A stretch of DNA of 64,000 nt from Dicyema japonicum (taxonomy: Eukaryota; Animalia; Dicyemida): NCBI GenBank assembly GCA_011109175.1, contig RDEW01000016.1, positions 558,134 through 622,133 on the forward strand, written 5' to 3'. The notes under the pieces are model-generated. The model was not told where the DNA came from. It searched no databases and worked only from the letters and a program-made list of their open reading frames with translations. Below are positions 51,980 through 64,000 of the stretch, piece by piece (position 1 is the stretch's first letter; each line of letters opens with the position of its first letter). Made by a program: the position numbers and the translations under genes.

Positions 51980-53265
51980 TGAGCATTATGTAACGCGTAG
52001 CCTGTAACATATTGTCATCTCAGTAGGAAATATTTCTCTAACGTAATATATATTGATATTTATATGCTCATTCAGAGCACCTCTACGAGTTTTTATATTT
52101 GTGTCACTGCATACCCTTTTAACAACCCTGTCACCAATTTTGAAAACCGTTAAATCGTTTTTCCACAACCTCTTTCTTAATATCTTTTCCTCCGCAAGAT
52201 TGGAAAACTCGACAACCTTAAATTAAATTTATTGAACCTTTCTCCTTTTAACTTCATTTTCCGTCCAAAAAAGTAACTAACTGACCTGATTCTTCTCCTC
52301 TTCATCATCGCCTGTATCGAGTTGATGGAATAATAAATTAATTTCTTCCTCCGTGTAATGAATATTAGACGATTCGTCGGCATTATCACCGAACATAAGC
52401 TTGAACGGTGAATATGCCGTAGTCGAATGGACCACCGAGTTGTACGAACTCGTCATCTTATCCATTATCGTAATCCACTTATGTTTGAAGGACAATTTGA
52501 AGAGATTATATATTTTAATGTTTTGTTTAGTCGTTCAACTTGACCCTGTACCCAGGGGCATCTTGCACGACCACAGACATGTTTTATCTGTTTGTACATA
52601 CATAATTCCTTCATTTTTTCGTTGACAAATTCTTTTCCACTGTCAGTGTGTAGAATTGTCGATTTTCCAAACATTATTACGATTTTTTAATCGGACCAAA
52701 TACCTCGTAAGCCGATTTGGTTATTAAAGGTGTCGTCCAAGAAAACTTGGAAAATGAATCCAGTCCAACCAAAAGCCATGCATAATTCTCATTCTCGTCA
52801 GCATAATGACACAAATCAATTAGATCAAAAATATATCTAATATTAGACTGAAATGTTACCTTTCTCTGACTGAATACGCTCTGATAAGTGTTATCGATGG
52901 TCTGGTATTCATAAGCTGTCTTGCTTGACATTGGGACAGGATTTAATCACTGACATGACTTCATTTCTGCACGATCCATAAACAAGACTTTTCAGAAGAA
53001 AGAGCAGTCTATCTCGACCAGGATGTCCACTTTTAAGATGTATATTTTCAATAAAAATTTTCTCTTGCTCTACTTCTATAGCAAATGTGTGCAATAGAAT
53101 CCCGGATGTTTTAAAGTATAAAATGTCTGACTTCGAATCAGACAATCGAAACAATGACGCCGTCCTTCTAAAATTCGACATATTCATTCCATCAGGTATA
53201 ACACCATCTTTGAGAAAACCAATAATTTTATTCTTTCTCTCAAGCGTCAAAACAAATAACTCCAT
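51980..53265 (-). mobile_element. Ginger2/KRBA2-like integrase transposon, frameshifted
   Basis: H...GHPG..C..C zinc finger, DLIDL, LDSFSKFSW, LHTDSGKEF, QGQVERLN, YNSVVHSTTAYSPFKLMFG. Confidence 0.85.
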
Positions 53266-54042
53266 AACAAAAAACTTATACGTGCTCTGAATTTTCTTTA
53301 AATTAAATTAATTCCAAAGATCACTGTTAATCCGAAAAAAACTAAACTAAGTGATTCTGACAATTGGATCAAGCTCTCATCTTTGCTTGGTGTTGATTCC
53401 TTGAGCCTACACTAGTTTGTTGCGGGCGAGAACTTTTTTTGGGGTGCTAGGACTTTTTGTCGACAGACGTTTAGCCGACAATTCAATTAAGCATCAATAA
53501 ATACACTATGTATTTTAATAACGGTAAAAAATGGAATTTTCACAAACCACTCGTGGAAAGAGAAAACTTTTGCATGATGGCTATGCGTACATTATGGATA
53601 GACAGAGAGACAATGTCATATATTGGAGATGTGAGCTGAAAGGAAAATGCAAAGGCAGAGTAAGAACTGTTAACGAAGAACTTAATGGAACTATGACACC
53701 ACACGAACATCCACCAAATACAGGACGTTTACATGAAAACCGTCAATACGATAAAGAAGAGAGCGAGAGATTGTGAAGAAACAACATCCACAGTTATCCA
53801 AAATTGTTTAAGCACATACCCTATTGATGCTGCTTGTGCGCTACCCAAAAAAGAAACCCTTGCACGTACTGTTCGACGACAGCGTACAGATCAAATACAA
53901 GACGGTAATGTTCTAACGATGAACTTAAAAGTACTTCAGAAAGATGATTTTGTGCTACACGATAGTCTAGTGATGGATTGCTTATACAGTAAAGTTTCTC
54001 TAATTGGCCAACATATTTTTATTTATTTATTTTAATAACCCC

Positions 54043-57000
54043 TTTTGGTTGAGGTGGGTGACGTCTCTACTTGCACTATGTCTTCTTCGTATTGCTTACC
54101 AGTTTCTCCCCTCACTCTTGGATCCCTCAACTGCCGAGGCCTCAATCAGTGCTACAAGAAACAACAATTGGCGCGTGATCTGAGTAAATACAACATCTCT
54201 GTCTGTTGTTTGCAAGAGACGAAAATAACCGAACAATCTGCAGAACTGTTTCAGAATTTTTACCTTTTGACCCTCACACCAGACTGCAGGCACTATGGGC
54301 TCGGATTTGCTGTTCATCGGCACTTGTTTCACTGTGTCTCAAGAGTATGGGCAGTATCTGACCGTGTCGCGGTGTTACAAATCAAATGCGGAAACAAACT
54401 CAACTCAGTGATCTCCATCATAAATGTATATGCCCCAACCGGAGCACGTGTATCAACGAATATCGAAGAACTGGATACGTTTTACTCTACTCTCACAAGT
54501 GTGTACAACTCACTTTCATCCTCTTACTTTCTTTTTATCGCCGGGGACTGGAACGCCAGGGCCGGAAAAGCAAGACCTGGTGAAACGTGTATTGGATCCC
54601 ACGGTAGAAACCGCCGTAACATCCCCGGAGAGGCATTAATACAATTTTGCACGGCATTCAACCTACTCATATGCAACACTTGTTTCAAGCACCCGGCAAG
54701 ACACAGGACCACGTGGGTTGGTACCAGAAAAGGCAAATCTGGAAACACAGTCAATATATACAATCAGATCGACTATATTATCTGCAAGCAACATCAGAAG
54801 GCCCTCCTACAGGACTCGAGATCTTACGGTGGACTTGAAACAAGTAGCGATCATAAACTTGTGGTCGCCCGGCTAGTACTTAAAAGAATCCATGGAATAC
54901 ACGGGAAACACAAAGGCCTTACCTCAGTACGTTTCGACACTGAGAGGTTACGCTACGAAGAATCCACCAAATGTCGTTATAGTGCAGTTCTGAGAGATAG
55001 CATCAACAGTATTAACCAAAATCAGCCGACAAACAGCTTATGGGATGAAATAGTGGTTGCTATCCAAAACACAGCCTTTAGTGTGCTTGGTCACATCACC
55101 AAATCTCGTCACAAACAATGTAATCCGGATATCGGACAACTCTCTGTAACACAGAAAGAGCTCAGACTCCGGATGGAAAACACAAACGCTCCGGAAGATA
55201 TCAAAGTACTGCGCACCCAGAGAGGGAGAGTCTTAACGAAGATCAAACAAATACAAAGATTCCTTGCCAAAAATGAAGCTGAGGAGAAAATCTCAGACAT
55301 ATTAAAGTACAAGAACGGACCAAGAATGTTCAAAGCAATCCGGCTTCTTAGCAGAGAAAACTGTCCAATTTCGTTAACTGTCCATGACAACCTTGGTCAC
55401 GACGTTATCGGGACCATTAACAAAGCAAACGTTCTGGCATCCCATTTTGACCTTATGTTCAACAAACAGGACGCGGCTGACCAAGCAATGAAATCTCGGA
55501 AGTCTTACAAGTACACTCTAACTAGCCCTATTACCATATCCGAAACTCAACAAGCTATTAAAAAATTAAATACCGGAAGATCTGCCGGACCAGACTTCAT
55601 TACTGCAGAACTTTTACAATACGGCCCGGAGGAGCTAATTGAAATGATTACTAACATTTTCAACCGGTCTCTCGAGGGTGCAGATGAACTGGAACTGGGA
55701 AAAGGGTGGCTAATTCCACTACAAAAACCGGGAAAAAGTAAAGGCCCCCTCACAACTTCAGACCTATTATACTCCTAACCTCCATACGAAAAACATTATC
55801 CCTCATTGCTTTAAACCGAATAAAGGAGAGGGTGAACATATTTCTTTCGGACGGCCAAAGTGGATTCCGGACGGGCAGGTCCACGGCTGACGTGGTATGG
55901 GGGCACAGGTGGTATTGTGCCCTGTGCCAAAAATACAAAAAATCTATTGAGATACTTGGTATCGACATGTCCCGTGCGTTCGACTCGGTGGACCGTGGAA
56001 AACTTATGGAAGTGTTGGAGAGTTTTCTACTGCCTGACGATGTCAAAATAATACACTTACTCATGCGGAACACTCAACTTGCCGTCAAAATTGGTGACTC
56101 TACCTCTAACTTTTTTTCGACCTCACGTGGAGTTCCACAGGGGGACTCACTATCCCCGGTCCTCTTTATTGTCTACCTTGAGGCCGCACTAAGAGAGTTC
56201 AGACCCCTGGTTGGCAACAATTATAACGAGATAATCTACGCGGACGACCTGGACTTTGTTTCTGAGGATATTCAAGTACTTCAACACATGCTTAACGTTC
56301 TTCCACACGTATTCTCGAAATGGTTCTTAACCGTTAACACCGATAAAACAGAGTTCACAACACTTACACGCAATGATCGAAGATCGGACGAGTCTTGGAG
56401 AAAGCAAAAGAAGGTGGGTTCGCTTCTCGGGGACTCAGAAGATGTTTCTCGGAGGAAAATCCTCGCAATGTGTGCACTAAAGAAAGTATCGAATATGTGG
56501 GGTCATAAGAAGAGGATGGGATTAAACACCAAACTCAGAATATATAAGGCTTTTGTCATCCCCGTCCTGACCTACAATTCAGGCACTTGGGGAATCTCTA
56601 AACAAGAGATGGACCGTCTTGACGCTTTCCACAGGACACAATTGAAATCAGTAATCAAGATCAAGTGGCCTAAGAAGATCTCAAACAATGACCTCTACTC
56701 GAAGTGCAAATCTGGTATACTATCCGAGGAGATCTTCAGATCAAGATGGAGTCTCTTTGGACATATCTTACGTCTAAATGCTCAAGTACCCGCGAATATC
56801 GCCATGGAAAACTACCTAATGCATACGGGAGCCGGTTTCCGTGGAAGACCAAGAGTCACACTCCCAACTATTTTGAATGGAGACCTGTCGGCTGTGGGAC
56901 TGAAGCTCACTTCCGCAGACGACCTAGATACCTTAAGGGAACTGGCACGAAGTAGAGGGTCCTGGAAAAGGCTGATAGAGAGGATGGCTAGAAATACGGC

Positions 57001-57057
57001 ACAAGGGAGGCTTGATTAATTTTATGACTTCTCGGGAGTGCTTTAAATAAATAATAA
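54043..57057 (+). mobile_element. near-intact RTE-clade LINE (APE and RT), single -1 frame break near 55755
   Basis: ORFs 54045-55778 and 55832-57019; LQETK, GDWNA, NQIDY, SDH, QSGFR, GVPQGDSLSP, YADD; flanked by direct repeat aataacccc (54034-54042, 57058-57066). Confidence 0.93.
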
Positions 57058-57612
57058 AATAACCCCGGAACACCGAGAGAGAAAGACAAAAGAGTCAAAC
57101 AGTTAGGTGATCCCAGTCCTCGCAATCAATTGTGCCATTCGACGTCTGTGATCTTCCAATCGTCCCCAACTACTTTCCGGAAAGAGCCTTCTCTCGGTCT
57201 TGCAGAGGAATCCGATCGGAGGGGAATTTCTTATCCAATCGGTTTTCTCTTGCAATGGAAAGGATTAGGCGAAGAGGATTTCCATCTTCCTCCACAGAGG
57301 CGAAAAAATCCGAGCCACGACTACGGATCTTAGCTTCATGAGTAGTGGTCGACTGTTGATCCATTACGTGGGCAAAGCATACTGATTGTTTTCCGGTGTA
57401 TCGAGTTGATTTTTTGACCATAGACTCCGATAGCGCGAATCTCCATGCAACGGAGGCATACTCAACGGCAGGCGCGGATTATTTGTTGGTTGAAAGTAAG
57501 AAACGGAAAAAGTCCAATGTTCCTCGTGGTCCTCCGGACAAGGGCGCGTAAAACGTTAACTTTCTGGAGGCCCCTGGTAATCATGTCTTTTGCGTGGAGT
57601 TGAAATTGAGTA
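57058..57612 (-). mobile_element. 5'-truncated Ingi-like LINE
   Basis: Homologous to 26480-26560 and 38145-38600; 3' stem-loop at 57063-57115. Confidence 0.8.
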
Positions 57613-57789
57613 ATAATAACGGGTAAAAAATTGGCCAACATTGGCTAAGAGTTGTTCAAAAAAGCCAATTTTCTTAAGATTGGCCACACATTATTAAAAA
57701 ATTATTTACTAATCTTTTTCAATAATTTTATAAAAAAAATCAAAATTTTCAAACTAAAAATTTTACCTAAAAACTGGACGGTTCGTACA

Positions 57790-58370
57790 GACCAATATCC
57801 CTTCTTTGTGTGCCACATCCAAAATCCTTGATTAAACTCATTCTCAATCAGATTAAACCTTATTTCCCGCGCGTATCCTTCCAACATGGTTTTAAGAAGA
57901 CTCGCTCCAAAACTACTAACCTTACTTGCTTGACGGAATTCATCAAGGAAGTCCTACAATGCAAACCTCGGCATCAAAAGACCATTAATGTTTTTCATTG
58001 ACATACAGAAGGCTTTTGACTCGATACTGAGGAAACTGCTCACCATGAATTTTTATGGCTCTAACATTACAAACATGAAAATTTGGCTTGAATACTTCAT
58101 CACGGACCAAAAGGAAAGAGTAATTTCATATTTTCTGTCAACTAAATTTCTGCCGAATGGGGAACCGGCCAATGATCCCCTCTCTACCGATTCTCTTCAA
58201 CTTCATTGTGAGCGACATGCCTTCCCACAACAGCACGATACTCTATTCCTTGCTTATGCTGACGACTTAATTGGCAACAAGAGACCGATGTATCCACACA
58301 GCGGGTACCCGTTTACAAGAATTAGAGGACAACCTGAACTGTTGGCTTATTAGTAACAGTACACACAATT
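57790..58370 (+). mobile_element. Ingi-like RT fragment
   Basis: FQHGFKK, FIDIQKAFDS, LPNG, LAYADD. Confidence 0.75.
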
Positions 58371-59199
58371 CCTGAAAAGTCGTGTTCCATGATCAAGCAC
58401 TGGCATTTGTTCCTGTACCTCAGTCATTGAGAGTTTCCGAGCGGCTCCTTCAAACTATGGATTACGAGACTGATGACGTGTTGGGAGATTTTCTGACCTA
58501 TTTTGAAGACAACATGGATCGGAGCCTTGCAAAGTGGAGAAGAAGACCATTGTTTAGTTTGGGAATGTGGAATGTACACGACCGACAGGCAGAAGGTCTC
58601 CCAAGAACTACGAATTCACTTGAAGGATGGCACAGATCTTTTTCACAAAGAGTGTCTATAAAACATCCACCGTTTGTCGGCTTGTTGCAAAAATACGAAA
58701 AGAACAGTCAGAGTGGGAGCTCACAGTATAACAAGTGATGACCGGAATAACAATGACAAGTAAAGAAGTAGCAGGATGTGAACAAAAGGATAAACAGTAT
58801 TATTGAAATATATGATGATTACACTCCAGTAGAATTTTTGACAAAGCTTTCTCATAATTTTTAAGTAAATGTTTTTATCTTAAATTTTATATCTGAATTT
58901 TATAACCAGAATTTCCTGTCGGCCAAATGTCTGGACACCCCTCTTTGGCATTGGTGTCCATTTTTGTTTTTTTAGATTAGTGTCTCCATGGGCGTCGGTG
59001 ATTTGATGTTTTCCCCTGTATATCATCTCTCAGTTAGTTTGAAAGCCCTTTTCTGGGTTGCGGAAATTTTCTGGATGTTCGTGTAAGAGGCCAGTGATCC
59101 CCATGAAGTATGTTTTCTTGGAGAACATGGACGTGGAATAAGAAACCTACCCGGGACAATACTTGGCCATTTTGTATGGCAAACAATTTTTTCCTATGT

Positions 59200-60400
59200 A
59201 ATACTGCAATTACGTATCCTGCCACATAACTACGTGAATGGGGAAGCGAAGGAACTCAGAAAGAAAGCTGGTCCCAATATATAACCAAATAGACAATGTC
59301 ATGTGCCGGGCTAACGACAAACACCTTCTAATAAACGCAGGTTCATATGAAGGCTCGACAACTGTCAGCGACCACAAGATGGTTATTGCGACCTTCACCC
59401 TGAAAAAAACATGCCATCAAATACAAGAATGCCAAAAAACACGAATTTGAGAAAGTTACGCGACTGAAGGGCTGATTTCCCAACCGGAGACTATTGAGAG
59501 ATATCAACAATACATTCAGACTCATATGCAGGACGTATTGACGGATATATCGTTAGAAGACTCCTGGAAACGCACAAAGGATACTATCAACGAAGCTGCT
59601 GAGGCATGTCTTGGCAAAAGGGAGAATAGTAAAATGCACCTGAAGGCTATTCTTCCAGAAGTTCCTGCTGAGCTTGCGAAAAGTTTAAAAAAATAAATGA
59701 GAAAATCAAATGCCACTGACGCTAATATGAGAATAACCTTCAGGGCGAAAGGCAACGTGTCAGAAGAAAAATAAACAGTCTGAACAAGAAACTTTTCCTA
59801 GAAGAAATAGCTTCCTGTATAGAAGAGGTAAACAAAGTGAAAGACAACGCACAGGTGTACGTCGCTGCTCGTTTGCTGACTGAGCGGATTTCTTGATGAG
59901 TCGAGTCTAAGGATGACCAGAATTCTACTTTCTAACACTGAGCTTCTTGTAGAGTCGGAAAGACCTATTCAAAAAAATTTGAAATAAACACGGGCACTCC
60001 ACAAGGGGACTCCCTTTCTCCCCTACTATTCACAATTTATTTGGAAGCCGCTATGAGGGAACTTGGACCGTTATACCAAGGACATAAGGAAGAAGTGATC
60101 TACGCGGACGATGTAGATCTAATTTCTGAAGACAAAGAGGTCCTGGAACACCTATTAGAAAAAGCACCAGATGTAATAGGCAAATGGTTTCTTGCTGTGA
60201 ACAGAGAGAGAAAACAGAACTCACAAAGATAAGAAAGATGAGTAACGCCTTAAAAGAGAAGTGGCGACAAGTAAAGGAACTCGGTTCACATATGGGAGAT
60301 TGAGAACTTCTTACGTAGGAAAACTTTAGCCAATGTTGCGTTTATATAAACTGAAGAATCTATGGCTCAATCAAAGTGGTATCAACACGAAAATGAGAAT
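59200..60400 (+). mobile_element. decayed RTE copy with deletions
   Basis: YNQID, SDHKMV, GTPQGDSLSP, YADD motifs. Confidence 0.8.
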
Positions 60401-60404
60401 CCTA

Positions 60405-60720
60405 TTAATTTATTAACTCCGGATACAGCCGAGAAAGAAGTTTAAAGTAAAACAACTAATTAAGTGTATCCAGTTTCCACTTATACAGAGTCCATCCGGA
60501 ATCACACATAAAAAAAAGACGTCCATACTTGCAGTTGTGGGAACCCCTCCAGTGGAGTTGGGGAGAGAAAATGATTTCTTTTCGTGCCGACCAAGCACTG
60601 GGGCCACCTGGACAGGTGGATCATATGACGTCATTCTAATAGGAAGAGAGAGGAAGAAGCAGACAAGCAAACATAAAACTTAAACCAATTAGCCACGCAA
60701 CACCACATGGTGCCACGGGG
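60405..60720 (-). mobile_element. short (about 310 bp) non-coding Ingi-tailed element, most complete copy
   Basis: Head gtggcaccatgtggtg, pyrimidine tract plus AG, structured core, 3' stem-loop ggataca/tgtatcc and ggagttaataa tail. Confidence 0.75.
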
Positions 60721-60796
60721 AGTAATTTTTGTAGCTGATTATTACAAAGAGAGGATGATTATTACAAATAAAAAGAAGCATTGGTAATATAAACAA

Positions 60797-61422
60797 TCAT
60801 AGAAATGAATTCAATCCAGCATAGTTATATGGCTGAGAGGGAGGACCAATTGGTTGGGAGTAGTCGAAGAAGTATGTATTGGGAACTATTTGGGAGCAAG
60901 ACGGATTAAAAGCATGACTAAGAAAATGTTGTTGATATCCCTTGTTAAATCTGTTTAAGATTTGTCGGTTATTTTGGATGGAATCACAACTTATCGAATA
61001 ATAAGGAATGTGTCCGAAGTAAGTCTCATTTTTTGTAGGGAAAAATAGAGGAAAGTTGGAAAAGAATTCTAAGTATTCAAATCAAATTCTTACTCTCTCT
61101 CGTCTGATAGACAGAGGTAGCGTTGGGAATACTTTGGGGAGTGTTATTCTTTATTCGAGGGAGTTCACGACGTCTAGCATTGATAAACCTTACTTTAAGA
61201 ACTCAGAATACCAGTTTATTTACTTGAAGTATGGTTAGTTTAGTCTCATTCGAAAGTTGACGCTTTTCATCCTCTGATGGATAAGGATTCTAAATCTTTA
61301 TAATACAAAAATACATCTTTATGAAATACAAGCCACGTCCTAAGTCTTGAAACGACCTCTTTTGGAAACATCCCACGTTTCTTCCCTTGTTTCATGCCCT
61401 GATCTCCTGACTTATATCGCAT
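60797..61422 (-). CDS. TALE-class homeobox gene (Meis/Prep-like), 3 introns of 25, 23 and 25 nt; +1 frame break near 61215
   Basis: KKRGMFPKEVVSRLRTWLVFHKDNPYPSEDEKRQLSNETKLTILQVN(N)WFINARRR; the start codon is tentative. Confidence 0.85.
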
Positions 61423-61559
61423 GCAAGTTAAACTTTAAAACAACGGTTTTTTATTTTCCGGTAGTTTTTTATAAGAAATCTCTGTCGAATTGATTTTTTG
61501 TCTTCATCTGACCTTCACGTTAAGTTTGACAGGAATAACCACAAAAGGGAGAAAACTGA

Positions 61560-63350
61560 CATTGGCCGACTTTAAATTAACACATAAGACTTGGGGAATA
61601 TGGTCGCTTCAGATATCTCTAAGAATAGTAAGAGTATCCACATGCACACTAAGAGGTGAAGACACCAGAAAAACACCAATTTTATCACCACCTGTATACG
61701 AATAATGATTTGGTTCATTGGATGTCAAAACCTTAAGCCAATAGAGTCGGATAAATGTCTCAATCTTTGTCCATCCTGATTGGTCGAACACACCTAAAAG
61801 CAACATGTTTAGAATTAAGATCTCCAACCAAAATAGATTTCGGATAGTCTATAAAAAAACTGGCTGATACTGTCCACACAATTAATAAGAGTCTTCGAAT
61901 ACATCCCCCAATGGTAATCCGTCACAGCAAACGTCAGCAGAGGTAAATTCACAATCAGTGTTTCGTATGACTTGGGGTCTTCGAATGTATAGATGTCGAC
62001 AATAAAAAAGAGACGTGCCGACAGCAGCTTCTTCCTTCCACCTTATATCCACAGACGAAAAACCCTCTAGGATGAAATTTTCCTCTTCTCTGATTTTAGT
62101 ATCGTTAACGACGATAATATCAGTCTTCTCGGCGTTCACCAATAATGCCAGTTCATCATGCCTTTTCATAATGCATCTGGCATTTAGCAGCATTATTTTT
62201 TACATTTCTTGCTTTCAATAACTTTTCAGGTGGCATAGCCTCTTCAGGACTAGTGCACCACATTCAGTAAATCCACATTTGTCTTCGAACATTCGTGGTG
62301 GAGCCTGGAGATGATGAAAGTCATCTCTTTGGAACCATGATCACTCAGGTTCGAGGTTTTTTCCCATTGCGTATTCTTAATTTTATTTTGAAGTATTCTA
62401 TCAGTCTGTATAGTCTCCTTTGAGTCTTCAGTTTACGTAAAAGTTTCGCAAGTAGAAGCCTCAGATTTCTTCAAACTGATTGGACTGTCTGCTTTACCCA
62501 TCTGATAGGTTTGATAATATTCTTATTCACAGTTAATTTTTCATGACGGTTAGCTTTGCGGACGCGTAATTCCTGAGTGCGGTCTTTGCCACCGGCCATC
62601 TTCCATAACATGCAAAGTGACCAACAGTCTCGCAGTTGATCACTTCCTCTCCGATCTTCATTTGATTGACAACTGCTCATTCCGTGTTCCTCCCACAAAT
62701 TAGGCATTTCTCCTATTCAATGCATCGAGATGCAACGTGGCCAAATTTCTGGCATCTGAAAATCTGATTGTAGAGTCTTGATACCATTCACAGCGGATTT
62801 TCTGGAAACCAACATGTAATCCAGATGAGAGTAGTAGCTCTTGATTTGACGGTCAATTTTACAACTCTAAGGTTGTAACCATCTTTCTTGAAACGATTAA
62901 AAGAAAATCCTGGCTGAAGAGTCTCCAACAAGAATACATAAAGATCTTCGTCAGTAACCCATGAGGGGATCCCCTCAGAACCACTTCAGCTGGGCGTAAA
63001 CTCAGTGTTGAAACTCTGTACCCATCCACACCAAACGGGAAACTTTTTTAAAGATCCGTAGTAAAAGAATTGCGGTCGTTAGTATTGGAGAATTACAGAA
63101 TGAAAGAGCCGGATTTCCTCAGACTAATTCGAGCTTTACGTGCAATCTCCAAATCGGTCAGAGTGTTAAAACAATAATCTTTCCACCACAGGATTAGTGA
63201 TCTCAAGATAGACCACTAATGAGTCAGTCATGTCTACTTGCTGGGAAGTTGCATTTAGATATGACTTTTCATCGCTTGGCTTAGGAATAACTTTAGCGTC
63301 TCCTCAGTTTTCTTTTCCAAGGAATTTTCAACACTTTGTTCAGACACGAC
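61560..63350 (-). mobile_element. Jockey/I-like LINE 5' part: gag-like ORF1 with CCHC knuckles and APE endonuclease, 3'-truncated
   Basis: FRCQKFGHVASRC..KCLICG..H; LLNAR, LVGDLNSKH, SDH motifs. Confidence 0.8.
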
Positions 63351-63916
63351 CTTTTTCTTTACAACAATTTCTTTTTGGTGCTTTTCACAACAAAATCACG
63401 TTAAGCCACATCTTATTAACAAAAAAGATTTAAATAATTATCCTTTGCAAATAGGATTGCGTATAAGTTTCCACGTAACACAGCAATCCCGATTCTGTGT
63501 CTTATCAGAACTGAGTACGTGTTAAGGAAATAAGTCTAAATACCTAAAACAACTATTAATAACCATCAATCTATTCCACGTGTCTGTTAAAAGCATAACT
63601 TTGTATAAAAGAGACTAATAGAAGATATGCATTAAAATACTGAGAAGATATACAAAGAATAATCAATAGCATTATTAGTAGCAACATAAATCATTAACAT
63701 ACGTGCAACTACTGACTGGTAATCACACAAGTTTTTTCAATTGGACAGGAGTCGAACGAAACATTGGGTTTCCTATAGTCTGTCCATGTTTGAAAATGAA
63801 GAGATTCCATGAAACAAACTCAACCGATTGGCATGTTATAAAAATTAAAATATTAAATTTTATAAAGGAACCTTAAAATAATATTAGTATTTAAAATTAG
63901 TAACTAGGAGACGACG

Positions 63917-64000
63917 ATGGGAATAGATTACTATGGGATCCTTGGTTTAAACAACTCTGCAACAAACTTGGATATCAAAAAAGCGTATTAAGATTTTCTT
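63917..64000 (+). CDS. start of a DnaJ/Hsp40 class B gene (runs out of the window; intron from 63985)
   Basis: MGIDYYGILGLNNSATNLDIKKA followed by gt. Confidence 0.8.

Larger units (their letters stand above)
53441..58941 (+). mobile_element. MULE (FLYWCH-type) transposon split by nested retroelements
   Basis: FLYWCH (DGYAY..YWRC..C..H) at 53531-53990; C-terminus LAFVP..FLTYFED..WNVH..PRTTNSLEGWH at 58382-58860; imperfect TIRs ggggtg....gac.ttt.g.cgacag (19/26); no TSD match found. Confidence 0.8.

Noticed and set aside
1-64000. CRISPR arrays, rRNA, prokaryotic operons or defence systems
   Set aside because: None seen; the sequence is eukaryotic, with spliced genes and eukaryotic TEs. Most short ORFs in the track are antisense shadows or TE fragments.

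Overview
AT-rich eukaryotic (animal) scaffold with one 913-nt gap (15728-16640). It alternates between compact gene islands and dense fields of decayed transposons. I reconstructed host genes by hand-splicing: NF-YA, MMADHC, CWF19L2, RALGAPB, ACAT1-type thiolase, PPIL6, a PTHR33802-like membrane protein, TEKT2, a Meis-like TALE homeobox gene and the start of a DnaJ gene. All introns I parsed are only 21-27 nt with almost no splice consensus beyond GT/AG. This fits a dicyemid (Dicyema-like) mesozoan, but the taxon is inferred, not proven. Mobile DNA includes I-group/Ingi-like, RTE, CRE, CR1-like and Jockey-like LINE fragments, tRNA-headed SINEs, and hAT(Buster), pogo/Tigger, MULE and Ginger2-like DNA transposons, often nested. 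The best candidate for an undescribed system is an Ingi-like LINE plus a short non-autonomous partner. Together they show a candidate HDV-like ribozyme preceded by a splice-acceptor-like tract, a 2A-like peptide before the endonuclease, and a covarying 3' stem-loop. Other notable points are a host-type mini-intron inside a transposase, two convergent genes whose stop codons abut with 0 bp between them, a 25-nt GC-AG intron, and recurrent single-base frameshifts that are probably assembly errors. TE boundaries are approximate unless TIRs/TSDs are given. No database searches or folding programs were run.
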